DNA of 64,000 bases from Parcubacteria bacterium C7867-005 (GCA_001189165.1 LFCO01000003.1:126984-190983); one strand, 5' to 3'; positions 30,307-39,580 are shown, numbered from the stretch's first letter. The notes: generated from the sequence alone by a model not told the origin. Made by a program: numbers and translations.

Positions 30307-30346
30307 ACAAAAATCCCGTTCCGAGCTTCGGAACGGGATTTTTGTT
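30307..30346. terminator. Bidirectional terminator between convergent hup and cca
   Basis: ACAAAAATCCCGTTCCGA-GCT-TCGGAACGGGATTTTTGT. Confidence 0.88.
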
Positions 30347-31821
30347 TATCTAACAGCATGCTTACTTTTTATTTTCTCTATCTCTCTTTCATCTTCGGAT
30401 TCATTCTTTGTTCTAGCTTCTTTGCCCAACCGCTTTAGTTCATCTGTTTTCATTTTATATAGTTCCAAAACTTTTTTCCCCAATATTTCTTTGTTGTTCA
30501 ATGATGGATTTTCTAAAACTTCAGACAAGAGTATTTCTAAAATATCACCAACATGAGAGCCGCCTTTAGAATTTGTTAAATTCATGATGTCATTTCCGTT
30601 AACTGCCAATTGCTTCACAGAGATCGGATCCCTCATAACCTCCTCTATCATCGATTTATATTTTCGAAGTCGGTATGGGGCTTCTTTTGGCCTTCCTGTG
30701 CCAATTCTATCTGCTGTTCTGACATCGATTAGGTCCCATATGAGTTCCGGACTGACATTCCTAACCATCCTTCTAACGGCAGATAAAGATATCTCTTCTG
30801 TGTCAGAAAAGAACATATGCCACCTAACTAATTTTGTAACTTTCTCTATTGTCTCTTTAGGAAACTTTAAATCCGTGAGTGCAGACTTGGTTATTCTGGC
30901 CCCCACGACTTCATGCCCGTAGAATGTCCATTGGTTATTCTGCCATTTTTTTGTGTGGGGTTTGGCGATATCATGAAAAAGTGCAGACAGTCTGACATAC
31001 AGAGGAAAATTTTTCTTACTCGCATGTTCCAGAGATCTCAATAGGTGTTCCCAGACGGTATATGCATGAGCCTGGTTTTGTTCCACCCCCACCCCCTTTT
31101 CTAGATCAAGAGAGATATATTTGATTATCCCCAAACGCATCGCCAGATCGAGAGTCGCCGCTGGTGAGTCAGACATTATTATTTTGATGAACTCGTCTCT
31201 GATGCGTTCCTTAGAAATATGTTTGAGGAGATTCACATTATCGCTTATAGCCACAAGCGTTTCGTGTTCTATGACGAATCCCAATGTGCACGACAGCCGT
31301 ACCGCGCGGAGCATCCTCAGCGCGTCTTCATTGAACCTATCGCTCGCCTTCCCCACTGTCTTGATGACTTCTTTGTCTAGATCCGCCTGTCCATCAAAGG
31401 GATCAACTATCTTTTTGTTTTGAATGTCGTATGCAATCGAGTTTATAGTGAAATCTCTACGAGCCAAGTCCTCTTCTATTGTCTTGCCCCACAAGACCCT
31501 GTCTGGTCTACGGTAGTCAGAATAATCAGACTCAATTCTATAAGGAGTAACCTCAACTATCTCCAGGGTTTTATCTTCTTCTCCTTCACTTACTACTCCA
31601 ACTGTCCCGTATTCATTCTCATAAAATGTTTTGGGAAACAAACCGATGATTTGTTCCGGACTAGCTATTGAGGCAATGTCCCAGTCCTTGGGCTTATTCC
31701 CCATCAAGACATCTCGGACACATCCACCGACAAGATAATTTTCGAATCCTGCATCAGAAAGAACCTGAGATATTTCTCTGATTTTTTTGGGGATTCCTAA
31801 TTCTATCTTTGCATTTTTCAT
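30346..31821 (-). CDS. cca: CCA tRNA nucleotidyltransferase with HD domain
   Basis: YLVGGCVRD, DWD, DLARRDFTIN, EDALRMLR, FHDIAKP. Confidence 0.9.
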   Translation of the reverse strand: MKNAKIELGIPKKIREISQVLSDAGFENYLVGGCVRDVLMGNKPKDWDIASIASPEQIIGLFPKTFYENEYGTVGVVSEGEEDKTLEIVEVTPYRIESDYSDYRRPDRVLWGKTIEEDLARRDFTINSIAYDIQNKKIVDPFDGQADLDKEVIKTVGKASDRFNEDALRMLRAVRLSCTLGFVIEHETLVAISDNVNLLKHISKERIRDEFIKIIMSDSPAATLDLAMRLGIIKYISLDLEKGVGVEQNQAHAYTVWEHLLRSLEHASKKNFPLYVRLSALFHDIAKPHTKKWQNNQWTFYGHEVVGARITKSALTDLKFPKETIEKVTKLVRWHMFFSDTEEISLSAVRRMVRNVSPELIWDLIDVRTADRIGTGRPKEAPYRLRKYKSMIEEVMRDPISVKQLAVNGNDIMNLTNSKGGSHVGDILEILLSEVLENPSLNNKEILGKKVLELYKMKTDELKRLGKEARTKNESEDEREIEKIKSKHAVR

Positions 31822-31863
31822 AAGTTCTAAGCTTGAAGCTAAAACCTGTAACCCCTATTCTAG

Positions 31864-31935
31864 TGCCCCCAGCAGGAATCGAACCCACATCCCTTGTTCC
31901 GAAGACAAGTACTCTATCCGTTGAGCTATGGGGGC
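31864..31935 (-). tRNA. tRNA-Arg(UCG)
   Basis: Cloverleaf GCCCCCA...TGGGGGC-A; anticodon arm CTTGT-CT TCG GA-ACAAG; no encoded CCA. Confidence 0.93.
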
Positions 31936-31977
31936 AGTATTCACATCCTACAGCATAAACAAGCCACAAAAAAGATG

Positions 31978-32048
31978 TGCGGGATGGGGGAATCGAACTC
32001 CCGACCACAGTTTGGAAAACTGTCGTTTTACCACTAAACTAATCCCGC
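31978..32048 (-). tRNA. tRNA-Gly(UCC)
   Basis: GCGGGAT...ATCCCGC-A; anticodon arm ACAGT-TT TCC AA-ACTGT. Confidence 0.94.
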
Positions 32049-32115
32049 AATATCTATAATCTGAGAAACAGACTCAAATCTAGCAAATATAAGCAATTCT
32101 ATCAATTCTACTTTG

Positions 32116-32186
32116 TCGGGGCGCCGAGAATCGAACTCGGACCACATGCTCCCAAAGCAAGTATACTACCACTATACTACGCCCCG
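32116..32186 (-). tRNA. tRNA-Pro(UGG)
   Basis: CGGGGCG...CGCCCCG-A; anticodon arm CTTGC-TT TGG GA-GCATG (one U-U mismatch). Confidence 0.92.
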
Positions 32187-32311
32187 TAAGAACGTATCCT
32201 AGCATGGTGAGCCCCTATTTCAAACCCAGGCTCGATTTTTTCATTCGAATACGCTATGATTTTCTTCACGCTTTGAGTTATTCGCGGGCTTGCCTGCCGA
32301 GCGTAACATAT

Positions 32312-32382
32312 GCGGGTATGGTTTAGTGGTAGAATGCGTCCTTGCCAAGGACGAGACGGGAGTTCGATTCTCCCTACCCGCA
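32312..32382 (+). tRNA. tRNA-Gly(GCC)
   Basis: GCGGGTA...TACCCGC-A; anticodon arm CGTCC-TT GCC AA-GGACG. Confidence 0.95.
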
Positions 32383-32404
32383 CATTTCGATATCTAGCTT
32401 TCTT

Positions 32405-32818
32405 TTAGATGATTATGTTTTCTAGTATTTCTACTCTGGCTACCCTGCTCTCCATCTGTATTTTGACTGTGACTATGTCCAATTGCCAATCAGAGTCGAC
32501 TCCCTTTTCCAGTAGATAGGTTTGAATCACTCTAGATAGACGTTTAAGTTTCTGTGGATGTACATTCTCCTCTGGCCTGTAAGCACCCATTGTTTCAGGT
32601 GTAACGTTTTGAAGTGTTGCACATGAAACACTTTTAACCTCAATAAATCTAAATACCCTACCTTTTTGAGCAATAATGTCTATTTCTCCCCATTTTCTAA
32701 GGTAATTTCTCTCAATAATCTTAAACCCCTTCTTTTCCAGGAAACTACAGGCAATATTTTCCCCCAGATCTCCAGTTTTTCTTTTTTCAGTTCGATTGTC
32801 CAGTTTCATGAATAACAT
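32405..32818 (-). CDS. yraN: YraN (UPF0102) PD-(D/E)xK nuclease-like protein
   Basis: GDLGENIA, IIERNY...GEIDIIA, FIEVK. Alternative start at ATG 32809. Confidence 0.92.
   Translation of the reverse strand: MLFMKLDNRTEKRKTGDLGENIACSFLEKKGFKIIERNYLRKWGEIDIIAQKGRVFRFIEVKSVSCATLQNVTPETMGAYRPEENVHPQKLKRLSRVIQTYLLEKGVDSDWQLDIVTVKIQMESRVARVEILENIII
32591..32630. promoter_or_regulatory. Two tandem parS-like palindromes inside yraN
   Basis: TGTTTCAGGTGTAACG (32591-32606) and TGTTGCACATGAAACA (32615-32630) versus consensus TGTTNCACGTGAAACA. Confidence 0.65.
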
Positions 32819-32826
32819 TCTATAAT

Positions 32827-32842
32827 AGTTTCACGTGAAATC
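32827..32842. promoter_or_regulatory. parS-like site upstream of yraN
   Basis: aGTTTCACGTGAAAtc, with a perfect 12-bp palindromic core TTTCACGTGAAA. Confidence 0.7.
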
Positions 32843-32926
32843 AAACTATCAAAATATGGCTTAAAATAATGGACAAACAGTATTTGACTTATAAAACTGT
32901 CTTTTTAGTACCCAGTTTCCCCATAG

Positions 32927-32935
32927 TTATCCACA
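32927..32935 (+). promoter_or_regulatory. Perfect DnaA box
   Basis: TTATCCACA in intergenic DNA. Confidence 0.7.
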
Positions 32936-33009
32936 GATTGAGTCGTTTATGTTGTAATTCTCTTGATATGAAAGGATATTTCCATATTTCGTATGTTAGA
33001 GTCAGATTT

Positions 33010-33300
33010 CTAATGGACTTGTGAGGGACAAATTGAAAACCGCCTCGGGGGCGATCCCGGGCGGTGTGTCCAACTGGTGGACGGTCCAACGAATGGACAG
33101 AAAGATAGTTTCAGAGGAACGAGGTGGGGTAGGCGTACACTGTCGCAAAAAATAAATGAAGATTGGGGACAAGTAGCTTTCACCGGGTCTCGAACTGACC
33201 GAACACGTCTTTCGTGGAAGCAAGCTTGCTTCCGGTACTGATGCTTGAATTGTGCTTTGTTCAAACTCTCTTCAAGCGTCTGCAAACAGTATACTCCCAT
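33010..33300 (+). ncRNA. Candidate structured non-coding RNA (family unknown, strand tentative)
   Basis: Many hand-found stems including a GCGA (GNRA)-capped hairpin and G-U pairs on the + strand; no convincing ORF. Confidence 0.5.
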
Positions 33301-33325
33301 AAGAGACAAAATTTATATTTAAAAC

Positions 33326-33334
33326 TGTGGATAA
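33326..33334 (-). promoter_or_regulatory. Perfect DnaA box (inverted)
   Basis: TGTGGATAA on the + strand. Confidence 0.7.
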
Positions 33335-33376
33335 CTCTGGCCAATCAAATTATATTTGTCCTTTTGTTATATGGCT

Positions 33377-34147
33377 CTAATTAAAGGTTATTTGGATAGG
33401 GCAGTGATCTGATCCTAGTATTGTGTCGAGAATATGAACAGACTTTATATTTTTTAATATATTTTCACTGCAGAAAAAGTAATCAATTCTCCAACCAACA
33501 TTTCTTTCTCTGGCATAAGTCTTCATGTCCCAATAGGTATACATATCTTTTTTATCTGGATTGAAGTGTCTATAGACATCGGTCCAACCGTGCTCTATGA
33601 GTTTGTCTACCCACGCCCTTTCTATGGGCAGGAATCCTACATGGTTGATATTTTCTTTGGGTCTGGCGATATCTATTTCTCTGTGAGCCACGTTTACATC
33701 ACCACAAAAGATGATATTTGGCTCCGTTTCCCTTAATTTGTCCACAAATTCTAAGAAATGCTCATAAAACTTTAGTTTATACTCTAGGCGCTCAGGGGCA
33801 CCCCCGCCGTTAGGGAAGTAGATGTTCAAAAGCGTGAAATCTTTATATTTAGCCATTATTAGTCGACCTTCTTGGTCCATATCTTCTATGCCCAGATCAT
33901 TTTTCACTTCTAATGGTTTTATCTTGGAGTAGATAGCCACACCACTGTAGCCCTTTTTAATGGTAGGGAAATGAAAATACGAGCAGTAGTCGTCTGGCCT
34001 CCTTAGTTCATCCGAAAGTTGTTCGGGGAGAGACTTTGTTTCCTGTAAGCACAGAATATCTGGCTTTTCTTCCAAAATTCTTTTGAATTGTCCCTTGCGG
34101 TCAACCGCTCTTAATCCATTCACATTCCAAGAGATGATAGTTGTCAT
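33377..34147 (-). CDS. xth: Exodeoxyribonuclease III
   Basis: SWNVNGLRA, LCLQETK, GYSGVA, GDVNVAH, GWRIDY, GSDHCP. Confidence 0.96.
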   Translation of the reverse strand: MTTIISWNVNGLRAVDRKGQFKRILEEKPDILCLQETKSLPEQLSDELRRPDDYCSYFHFPTIKKGYSGVAIYSKIKPLEVKNDLGIEDMDQEGRLIMAKYKDFTLLNIYFPNGGGAPERLEYKLKFYEHFLEFVDKLRETEPNIIFCGDVNVAHREIDIARPKENINHVGFLPIERAWVDKLIEHGWTDVYRHFNPDKKDMYTYWDMKTYARERNVGWRIDYFFCSENILKNIKSVHILDTILGSDHCPIQITFN

Positions 34148-34202
34148 AAATAAATTATCTCATGATATAATTTTTAAAGCTCATAAAAATTTATAGATCA
34201 TT

Positions 34203-34712
34203 ATGGAACCAAACATTGAACAAACAAGTCATCCAGTGAGAACGGTACTTCTTATTTTGGGTCTGGTAGTTCTGGCATTGATCGTCGTCTTTTGTTTTAG
34301 ATATGGGTTTCGATATCCAAAACAAGATTTCTCCAGTGAAAAGGTTCTCGTACAAAACACAGATCTTGCTACAGCAGAAGGGGAGAATAAACTTCCAGCA
34401 GGTTTCCCTAAAGAGATTCCTGTAGAGATAAATAACATAACAGAGAGTGTCACTTTGTCATACCCTGAGAGGGGGGCCACTCTATACTCTGTGGCCTACC
34501 AGTCAGCAAGGGGAACGTCTGATCTTTCGAATTTATACTCCAAATTTATCAAAGATAACAACTTTATCCTCTCAAACGCGAACGACAAGTTAGAGAAGGG
34601 TGAGACAAAGATGACTTTCCTCTCTACTAAGAACAATGATGATCTGTCTATTACCATCACCAAACTAGCTACCGGTAATACAATTCAGATTAGTTTTTTA
34701 GATAGACAATAA
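34203..34712 (+). CDS. Membrane-anchored hypothetical protein
   Basis: N-terminal TM; LPAGFPKEIP motif. Confidence 0.7.
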   Translation: MEPNIEQTSHPVRTVLLILGLVVLALIVVFCFRYGFRYPKQDFSSEKVLVQNTDLATAEGENKLPAGFPKEIPVEINNITESVTLSYPERGATLYSVAYQSARGTSDLSNLYSKFIKDNNFILSNANDKLEKGETKMTFLSTKNNDDLSITITKLATGNTIQISFLDRQ

Positions 34713-34716
34713 AATC

Positions 34717-36582
34717 ATGAAAAAACAACTAACACTCATACTTTCAGTTTTTATTCTCAGCTTATTTGTATTACCCAGCAGTGCGAGTGCTCAAACTTAT
34801 CCATATAACCCTAGTCCAAACTGCTCGATCACATCATTTGGGGTTAGTCCCACATCGATGACCGCAGAAAACACAGCTACTGTTTCTTGGACAGGAGCAT
34901 ATTGCGGTGAGATATATGTGAGTTCGGATGCCGGAGAACAATATGGACCTTACACTGATGTGAATCGCTCTATCTCTGTTTCCGGATATCCAAATACTGT
35001 TACTTATGAAATATCAGGAGTAATAGAAGAATGTAGCTATGAAGAGTTCGGTACTTGTATGAGTTACTCGACAAATACATACAACTTGGGGAGTAGATCA
35101 ATAAATATAAACGGCGAAGCTCCAACTGCGGATGTAGCAGATGTAACGGGATGCCTCGTCTCTTTCTCGGCTAGCCCTTCTGTGACATCTTCAAACAGCA
35201 CTACTCTAAACTGGACCAGTAGTTGTGGAACTCTGTACCTTAATGACGGTGTCTCCAGTGTTGCTGTTCCGTCAAGCGGTTCCGCTTCTAGAACTTTACA
35301 TAAAGGTGTCAACGCTTTCTCTCTTTCTGCTACAACCTGGTTTGGGGCAATTTGCGGAGGTTGGCCTGGCGATACAGGAGGATGTCAGTCTATCGGTATG
35401 AGCAACGCAGTGGGGACACTCAGTGTCTTCAATGTTAATCCAGTACCAGCGACTGTAACTGTTAACTCTTGTGCAGCCGGTGGATCGTTCTCTATAACTG
35501 GTCCGGGTGGTTATGTAAACTATGGACCATATTATTTTTATGGCACAGACACTAACACCGCATCACCGGCATCAGTTTATCCATCTGCTGGGGGAAGTAC
35601 TTACACCATCTCTTATACACCACCATCAGGTTACACCGCCTCTATTTCTCCTGCGTCAGGTCAAGTCATGTATCCGAACGGTACCTATAGCTTCACAGCA
35701 ACTTGTACACCAACCGGCCCCGTCCCAGAAGTTACTATCTCCGCGAGTCCAACCAGTGGGTCAGTTAATTCTGTTAACCCACAGATATCTTGGAGCGTGA
35801 CGAATACTCCGACATCCTGTACCGCTTCTGGTGACTGGTCTGGGACCAAGGCTGCTTCTGGTACAAATGAGTCACAGGGAGTTCTTACTAGTGTCAGACA
35901 ATATACCTATACCCTCACCTGTATCAATGCCAATGGTCAAGATTCTGAAAGTGCCTATGTTGATGTCACGGTCACGCCACCAGCATTTAACTATTCTTTA
36001 GGGAATTCCGGAACAAGTTCGGTTACCAAAGGTGGTGTTGATGTTTATACGCAGAACACTATCACCAAGACATTAACCGCAGGAGCCTCACAGTCAGTGG
36101 ATTTGAGTCTCTCAAACGTACCTTCTGGTGTCTCGTACTCATTCGCTAATCAGACCTGTTCACCAACCTGCTCTACGGCTATAAACTTTACAATTTCTCC
36201 GAGTGCCACCGCCGGTGATCATACGATTAATGTCACAGGCTCTCCTTTGAGTAAAACAACATCCTTCACCCTGAGAATAATCGCATCCCCAGCAATTATA
36301 GTTTCCTGCACGGCCACTCCAAGTGGTGCGAGAATCGGAGACACCGTGACATGGAACGCCACTGTGTCTGGTGGAGTGCCACCATATACCTATAGATGGA
36401 CCGGTACAAATGTTCCAACAACTCCTGCTCCACTTACTCAATCATTTAACATCGTCTACTCTACTGTTGGACAAAAGAACGCGATGCTCACTGTCACTGA
36501 CTCATTATCAAATTCTGGTTCGTGTTCTTCTCCGCAAGGACAAATACAAATAAACTTCAATCCAATATTTGAAGAGTTTTAG
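34717..36582 (+). CDS. Secreted Ser/Thr/Cys-rich multi-Ig/PKD surface protein (adhesin candidate)
   Basis: Signal peptide (SASA/Q); repeated C..F..SP...W beta-sandwich units; PPYTYRWTG PKD-like repeat. Confidence 0.75.
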   Translation: MKKQLTLILSVFILSLFVLPSSASAQTYPYNPSPNCSITSFGVSPTSMTAENTATVSWTGAYCGEIYVSSDAGEQYGPYTDVNRSISVSGYPNTVTYEISGVIEECSYEEFGTCMSYSTNTYNLGSRSININGEAPTADVADVTGCLVSFSASPSVTSSNSTTLNWTSSCGTLYLNDGVSSVAVPSSGSASRTLHKGVNAFSLSATTWFGAICGGWPGDTGGCQSIGMSNAVGTLSVFNVNPVPATVTVNSCAAGGSFSITGPGGYVNYGPYYFYGTDTNTASPASVYPSAGGSTYTISYTPPSGYTASISPASGQVMYPNGTYSFTATCTPTGPVPEVTISASPTSGSVNSVNPQISWSVTNTPTSCTASGDWSGTKAASGTNESQGVLTSVRQYTYTLTCINANGQDSESAYVDVTVTPPAFNYSLGNSGTSSVTKGGVDVYTQNTITKTLTAGASQSVDLSLSNVPSGVSYSFANQTCSPTCSTAINFTISPSATAGDHTINVTGSPLSKTTSFTLRIIASPAIIVSCTATPSGARIGDTVTWNATVSGGVPPYTYRWTGTNVPTTPAPLTQSFNIVYSTVGQKNAMLTVTDSLSNSGSCSSPQGQIQINFNPIFEEF

Positions 36583-36609
36583 AAATTGAAAGCATGATAA
36601 GATAAATTC

Positions 36610-38364
36610 ATGCACATTGACGAAACTCAGCTAAAGAGTTTTATGCTTGACTCGGGTCTTGTCTCGAAAAAGGAAGTAGAAGACGCGAGTAAAGAAGCCA
36701 AGGAAAAAAATACAACGATCAGTAAGATCCTGGTCACTAAGGGCGCGCTGACTACAGACGATATCCGTCGAATGCAAGCTTATATACTCGGCATTCCCTT
36801 TGTCGACCTAAAGAATCAAAGATTGGACTTCACCGTCCTGTCTCTTATCCCAGAACCGATTGCCAGAAACCACAATATCGTTGCCTTTAGAAAAAGCGAC
36901 GAGTCTTTGGAAGTTGCCATGCTCGATACAGAAGACTTGACCGCTATCGACTTCGTCAAGAAAAAAGTCAGATTGAAAATATTGCCTCGCCTCACAGATG
37001 ATGAGTCGATGAAATGGGCACTTCTTTCTTATCAAAAGAGTTTGAAGGCAGAGTTTGGCGACATAATCCAAAAGGAAGCGGGTGCAATGAGGGCGATAAG
37101 TGATAAACCAGATGGAGAGGATGTAGCACCAGGAGACCTAAAGAAGCTGGCTGAAGATATACCAGTGGTCAGAATTGTGGATACGCTCCTCAAGCACGCG
37201 ATCATACAAGATGCTTCAGATATACATATAGAACCAGAAGAAGCACAGGTTTTGGTCAGATATAGAATAGACGGCATCCTCCACGATGCGATGGTTTTAC
37301 CCAAAAACACTGCTTCAGGCATAACTGCTCGTATAAAAGTGCTTTCTAATCTAAAACTGGATGAAAAAAGGGTACCGCAGGACGGTAGATTCAAGATAGA
37401 TATGAACGGAGAGAAGGTTTCTTTCCGTGTCTCCACTCTCCCTATTTATTATGGTGAAAAGACCGTGATGCGTCTTTTGAGGGAAAATGCTTCAGGCTTC
37501 ACCCTAGAAGGTCTTGGTTTTCATGGATCCGGGCTCGCAGATATCCATAAGGCTTTGAAATATACAACAGGAATGATCCTCACCACCGGTCCAACCGGTT
37601 CTGGTAAGACTACTACCCTCTACACCATGATAGATATTCTTAATACTCCAGATGTGAACATCTCCACTATAGAGGATCCTATCGAATATCAAATGAAGAG
37701 GATAAATCAGACACAGGTTCGCCCTGAAATCGGCTTCACTTTTGCCAACGGCCTCAGGACACTTGTGCGTCAAGATCCGGACATCATCATGGTTGGGGAA
37801 ATTAGAGATAACGAGACCGCCGCTCTATCTATAAACGCGTCTCTTACTGGGCACCTTGTCTTGTCTACCCTTCACACAAATTCTGCCGCAGGGGCCATCC
37901 CTAGATTGCTTGATATGAAAGTTGAACCGTTTCTGTTGGTGTCGACACTCGATATAGTGATTGCTCAAAGATTGATCAGAAAGCTTGGTGAAAAAAAGGA
38001 AAAATACTTCTTAAATAAAGAAGAGATAGACTCTCTGGGTAGTGTCGTTTCTCTTGATCGCATGCTTGATCTATTGAAAAAAGAAGGTTTGATTGAAAAA
38101 AATGCAAAATGGGACAAGATTCCTTTCTATAAACCAAAACCAGGACCAGACGGGGGAGACGGGTATCAGAGCCGTATAGGTATACACGAAGTATTAAAGG
38201 TTACAGAACCTATTCGTGAACTTATCATGAAGGGCGCTACAGCCAAGGCCATAGAAGAACAGGCCAAGTCTGAGGGGATGATGACTATGATAGAAGATGG
38301 TATTTTCAAATCAGTGCAGGGAGTTACTACTATAGAAGAAGTTTTGCGTGTGATATCTGAATAA
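36610..38364 (+). CDS. pilB: Type IV pilus assembly ATPase PilB/GspE
   Basis: ASDIHIEP, PQDGRF, GPTGSGKTTTLY, RQDPDIIMVGEIRD, TGHLVLSTLH. Confidence 0.93.
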   Translation: MHIDETQLKSFMLDSGLVSKKEVEDASKEAKEKNTTISKILVTKGALTTDDIRRMQAYILGIPFVDLKNQRLDFTVLSLIPEPIARNHNIVAFRKSDESLEVAMLDTEDLTAIDFVKKKVRLKILPRLTDDESMKWALLSYQKSLKAEFGDIIQKEAGAMRAISDKPDGEDVAPGDLKKLAEDIPVVRIVDTLLKHAIIQDASDIHIEPEEAQVLVRYRIDGILHDAMVLPKNTASGITARIKVLSNLKLDEKRVPQDGRFKIDMNGEKVSFRVSTLPIYYGEKTVMRLLRENASGFTLEGLGFHGSGLADIHKALKYTTGMILTTGPTGSGKTTTLYTMIDILNTPDVNISTIEDPIEYQMKRINQTQVRPEIGFTFANGLRTLVRQDPDIIMVGEIRDNETAALSINASLTGHLVLSTLHTNSAAGAIPRLLDMKVEPFLLVSTLDIVIAQRLIRKLGEKKEKYFLNKEEIDSLGSVVSLDRMLDLLKKEGLIEKNAKWDKIPFYKPKPGPDGGDGYQSRIGIHEVLKVTEPIRELIMKGATAKAIEEQAKSEGMMTMIEDGIFKSVQGVTTIEEVLRVISE

Positions 38365-38365
38365 A

Positions 38366-39580
38366 ATGACAAAGTATCTTTATAGCGCAAAAGATAAAGA
38401 AGGGAATATCTATGAAAGTACACATGAGGCACCAACTCGTGTTGAGTTATATACATTTATCAGAGATGAAGGAGGAACTGTCATTTCAGTAAAAGAATCC
38501 AAATCTGGTATATCAGTTGATTCATTTTTTGCTGGAATCTTTGGAAATATAAAAACTCACGACAAAATCCTACTTGCCAGAAACCTGGCTTCGATGGTTA
38601 AGGCTGGACTCTCTGTCACCAGAGCGCTGGGTGTCATGGAGAAGCAGACCAAAAAGAAAAAATTAAAAATCCTTTTGAGAGATCTGACTGCCGATGTTAG
38701 CCATGGTGAACCACTCTCTGAAGCAATGAAAAAACGCCCACAGGTTTTTTCTCAACTTTTTATTTCTATGGTCAGAGCAGGGGAGGAGTCTGGTAATATC
38801 GCTAACTCGCTCGAGATAGTCGCTGGTCAGATGGACAAGTCATTTGCTTTAGTCAAAAAGGTGAGAGGTGCCCTTATTTACCCCGCAGTCGTTATTTCTG
38901 CGATGGTCCTCATAGCGATTCTGATGCTTATTTATATGGTACCGACGCTGACAGCAACATTTGAGGGATTAGGAGTGAAGCTACCCGTCTCTACTAGGGT
39001 TATCATCGCATCGAGTGATTTTTTGGTTAACCATACACTCATTGTTTTTCTTGGAATTATCGCCCTCGTTATTTCTGCGATCACTTTGTTTAAAAGTGCT
39101 TTTGGTCAGAAAGTCATGGACCATGTAACTATCAGGATTCCGGTCATAGGAGCGATTGCCAAGGAGGTCCAGAGTGCGCGAACTGCTCGAACTTTATCAT
39201 CTCTGCTTTCCTCGGGAGTTGATATAGTCGTTGCCCTTGGGGTAACCATAGATGTTGTCCAAAATAGTTTATATAAAAAAATACTAAAGAAAGCTCGGAC
39301 AGCCATAGAAAAAGGGGAACCCATGTCTCTAGTTTTTATTCAAAGTGAAAATCTTTACCCAACATTTGTCGGTGAAATGATCGCGGTGGGCGAGGAAACT
39401 GGCAAGATTTCAGAAATGTTGCTTGGTGTGGCTACTTACTATGAAAATGAGGTTGAAGAAAAGACCAAAGATCTCTCAACCATCATCGAACCTGTTCTCA
39501 TGATCGTGATTGGTATCGGGGTGGGTATTTTTGCCATATCCATGCTTGCACCAACATATTCATTGGTCGACAACATCTAA
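38366..39580 (+). CDS. pilC: Type IV pilus platform protein PilC/GspF
   Basis: AGEESG, ALIYP, VGEETG, IEPVLM. Confidence 0.93.
   Translation: MTKYLYSAKDKEGNIYESTHEAPTRVELYTFIRDEGGTVISVKESKSGISVDSFFAGIFGNIKTHDKILLARNLASMVKAGLSVTRALGVMEKQTKKKKLKILLRDLTADVSHGEPLSEAMKKRPQVFSQLFISMVRAGEESGNIANSLEIVAGQMDKSFALVKKVRGALIYPAVVISAMVLIAILMLIYMVPTLTATFEGLGVKLPVSTRVIIASSDFLVNHTLIVFLGIIALVISAITLFKSAFGQKVMDHVTIRIPVIGAIAKEVQSARTARTLSSLLSSGVDIVVALGVTIDVVQNSLYKKILKKARTAIEKGEPMSLVFIQSENLYPTFVGEMIAVGEETGKISEMLLGVATYYENEVEEKTKDLSTIIEPVLMIVIGIGVGIFAISMLAPTYSLVDNI

Noticed and set aside
33140-33200. CGCAAAAAATAAATGAAG resembles the tmRNA resume region
   Set aside because: No short tag ORF ending in Ala-Ala-stop and no tRNA-like acceptor or T-arm ends.
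32889-33309. Three short minus-strand ORFs (66-99 aa)
   Set aside because: Mutually overlapping, no recognisable motifs, and they run through DnaA boxes and hairpins.
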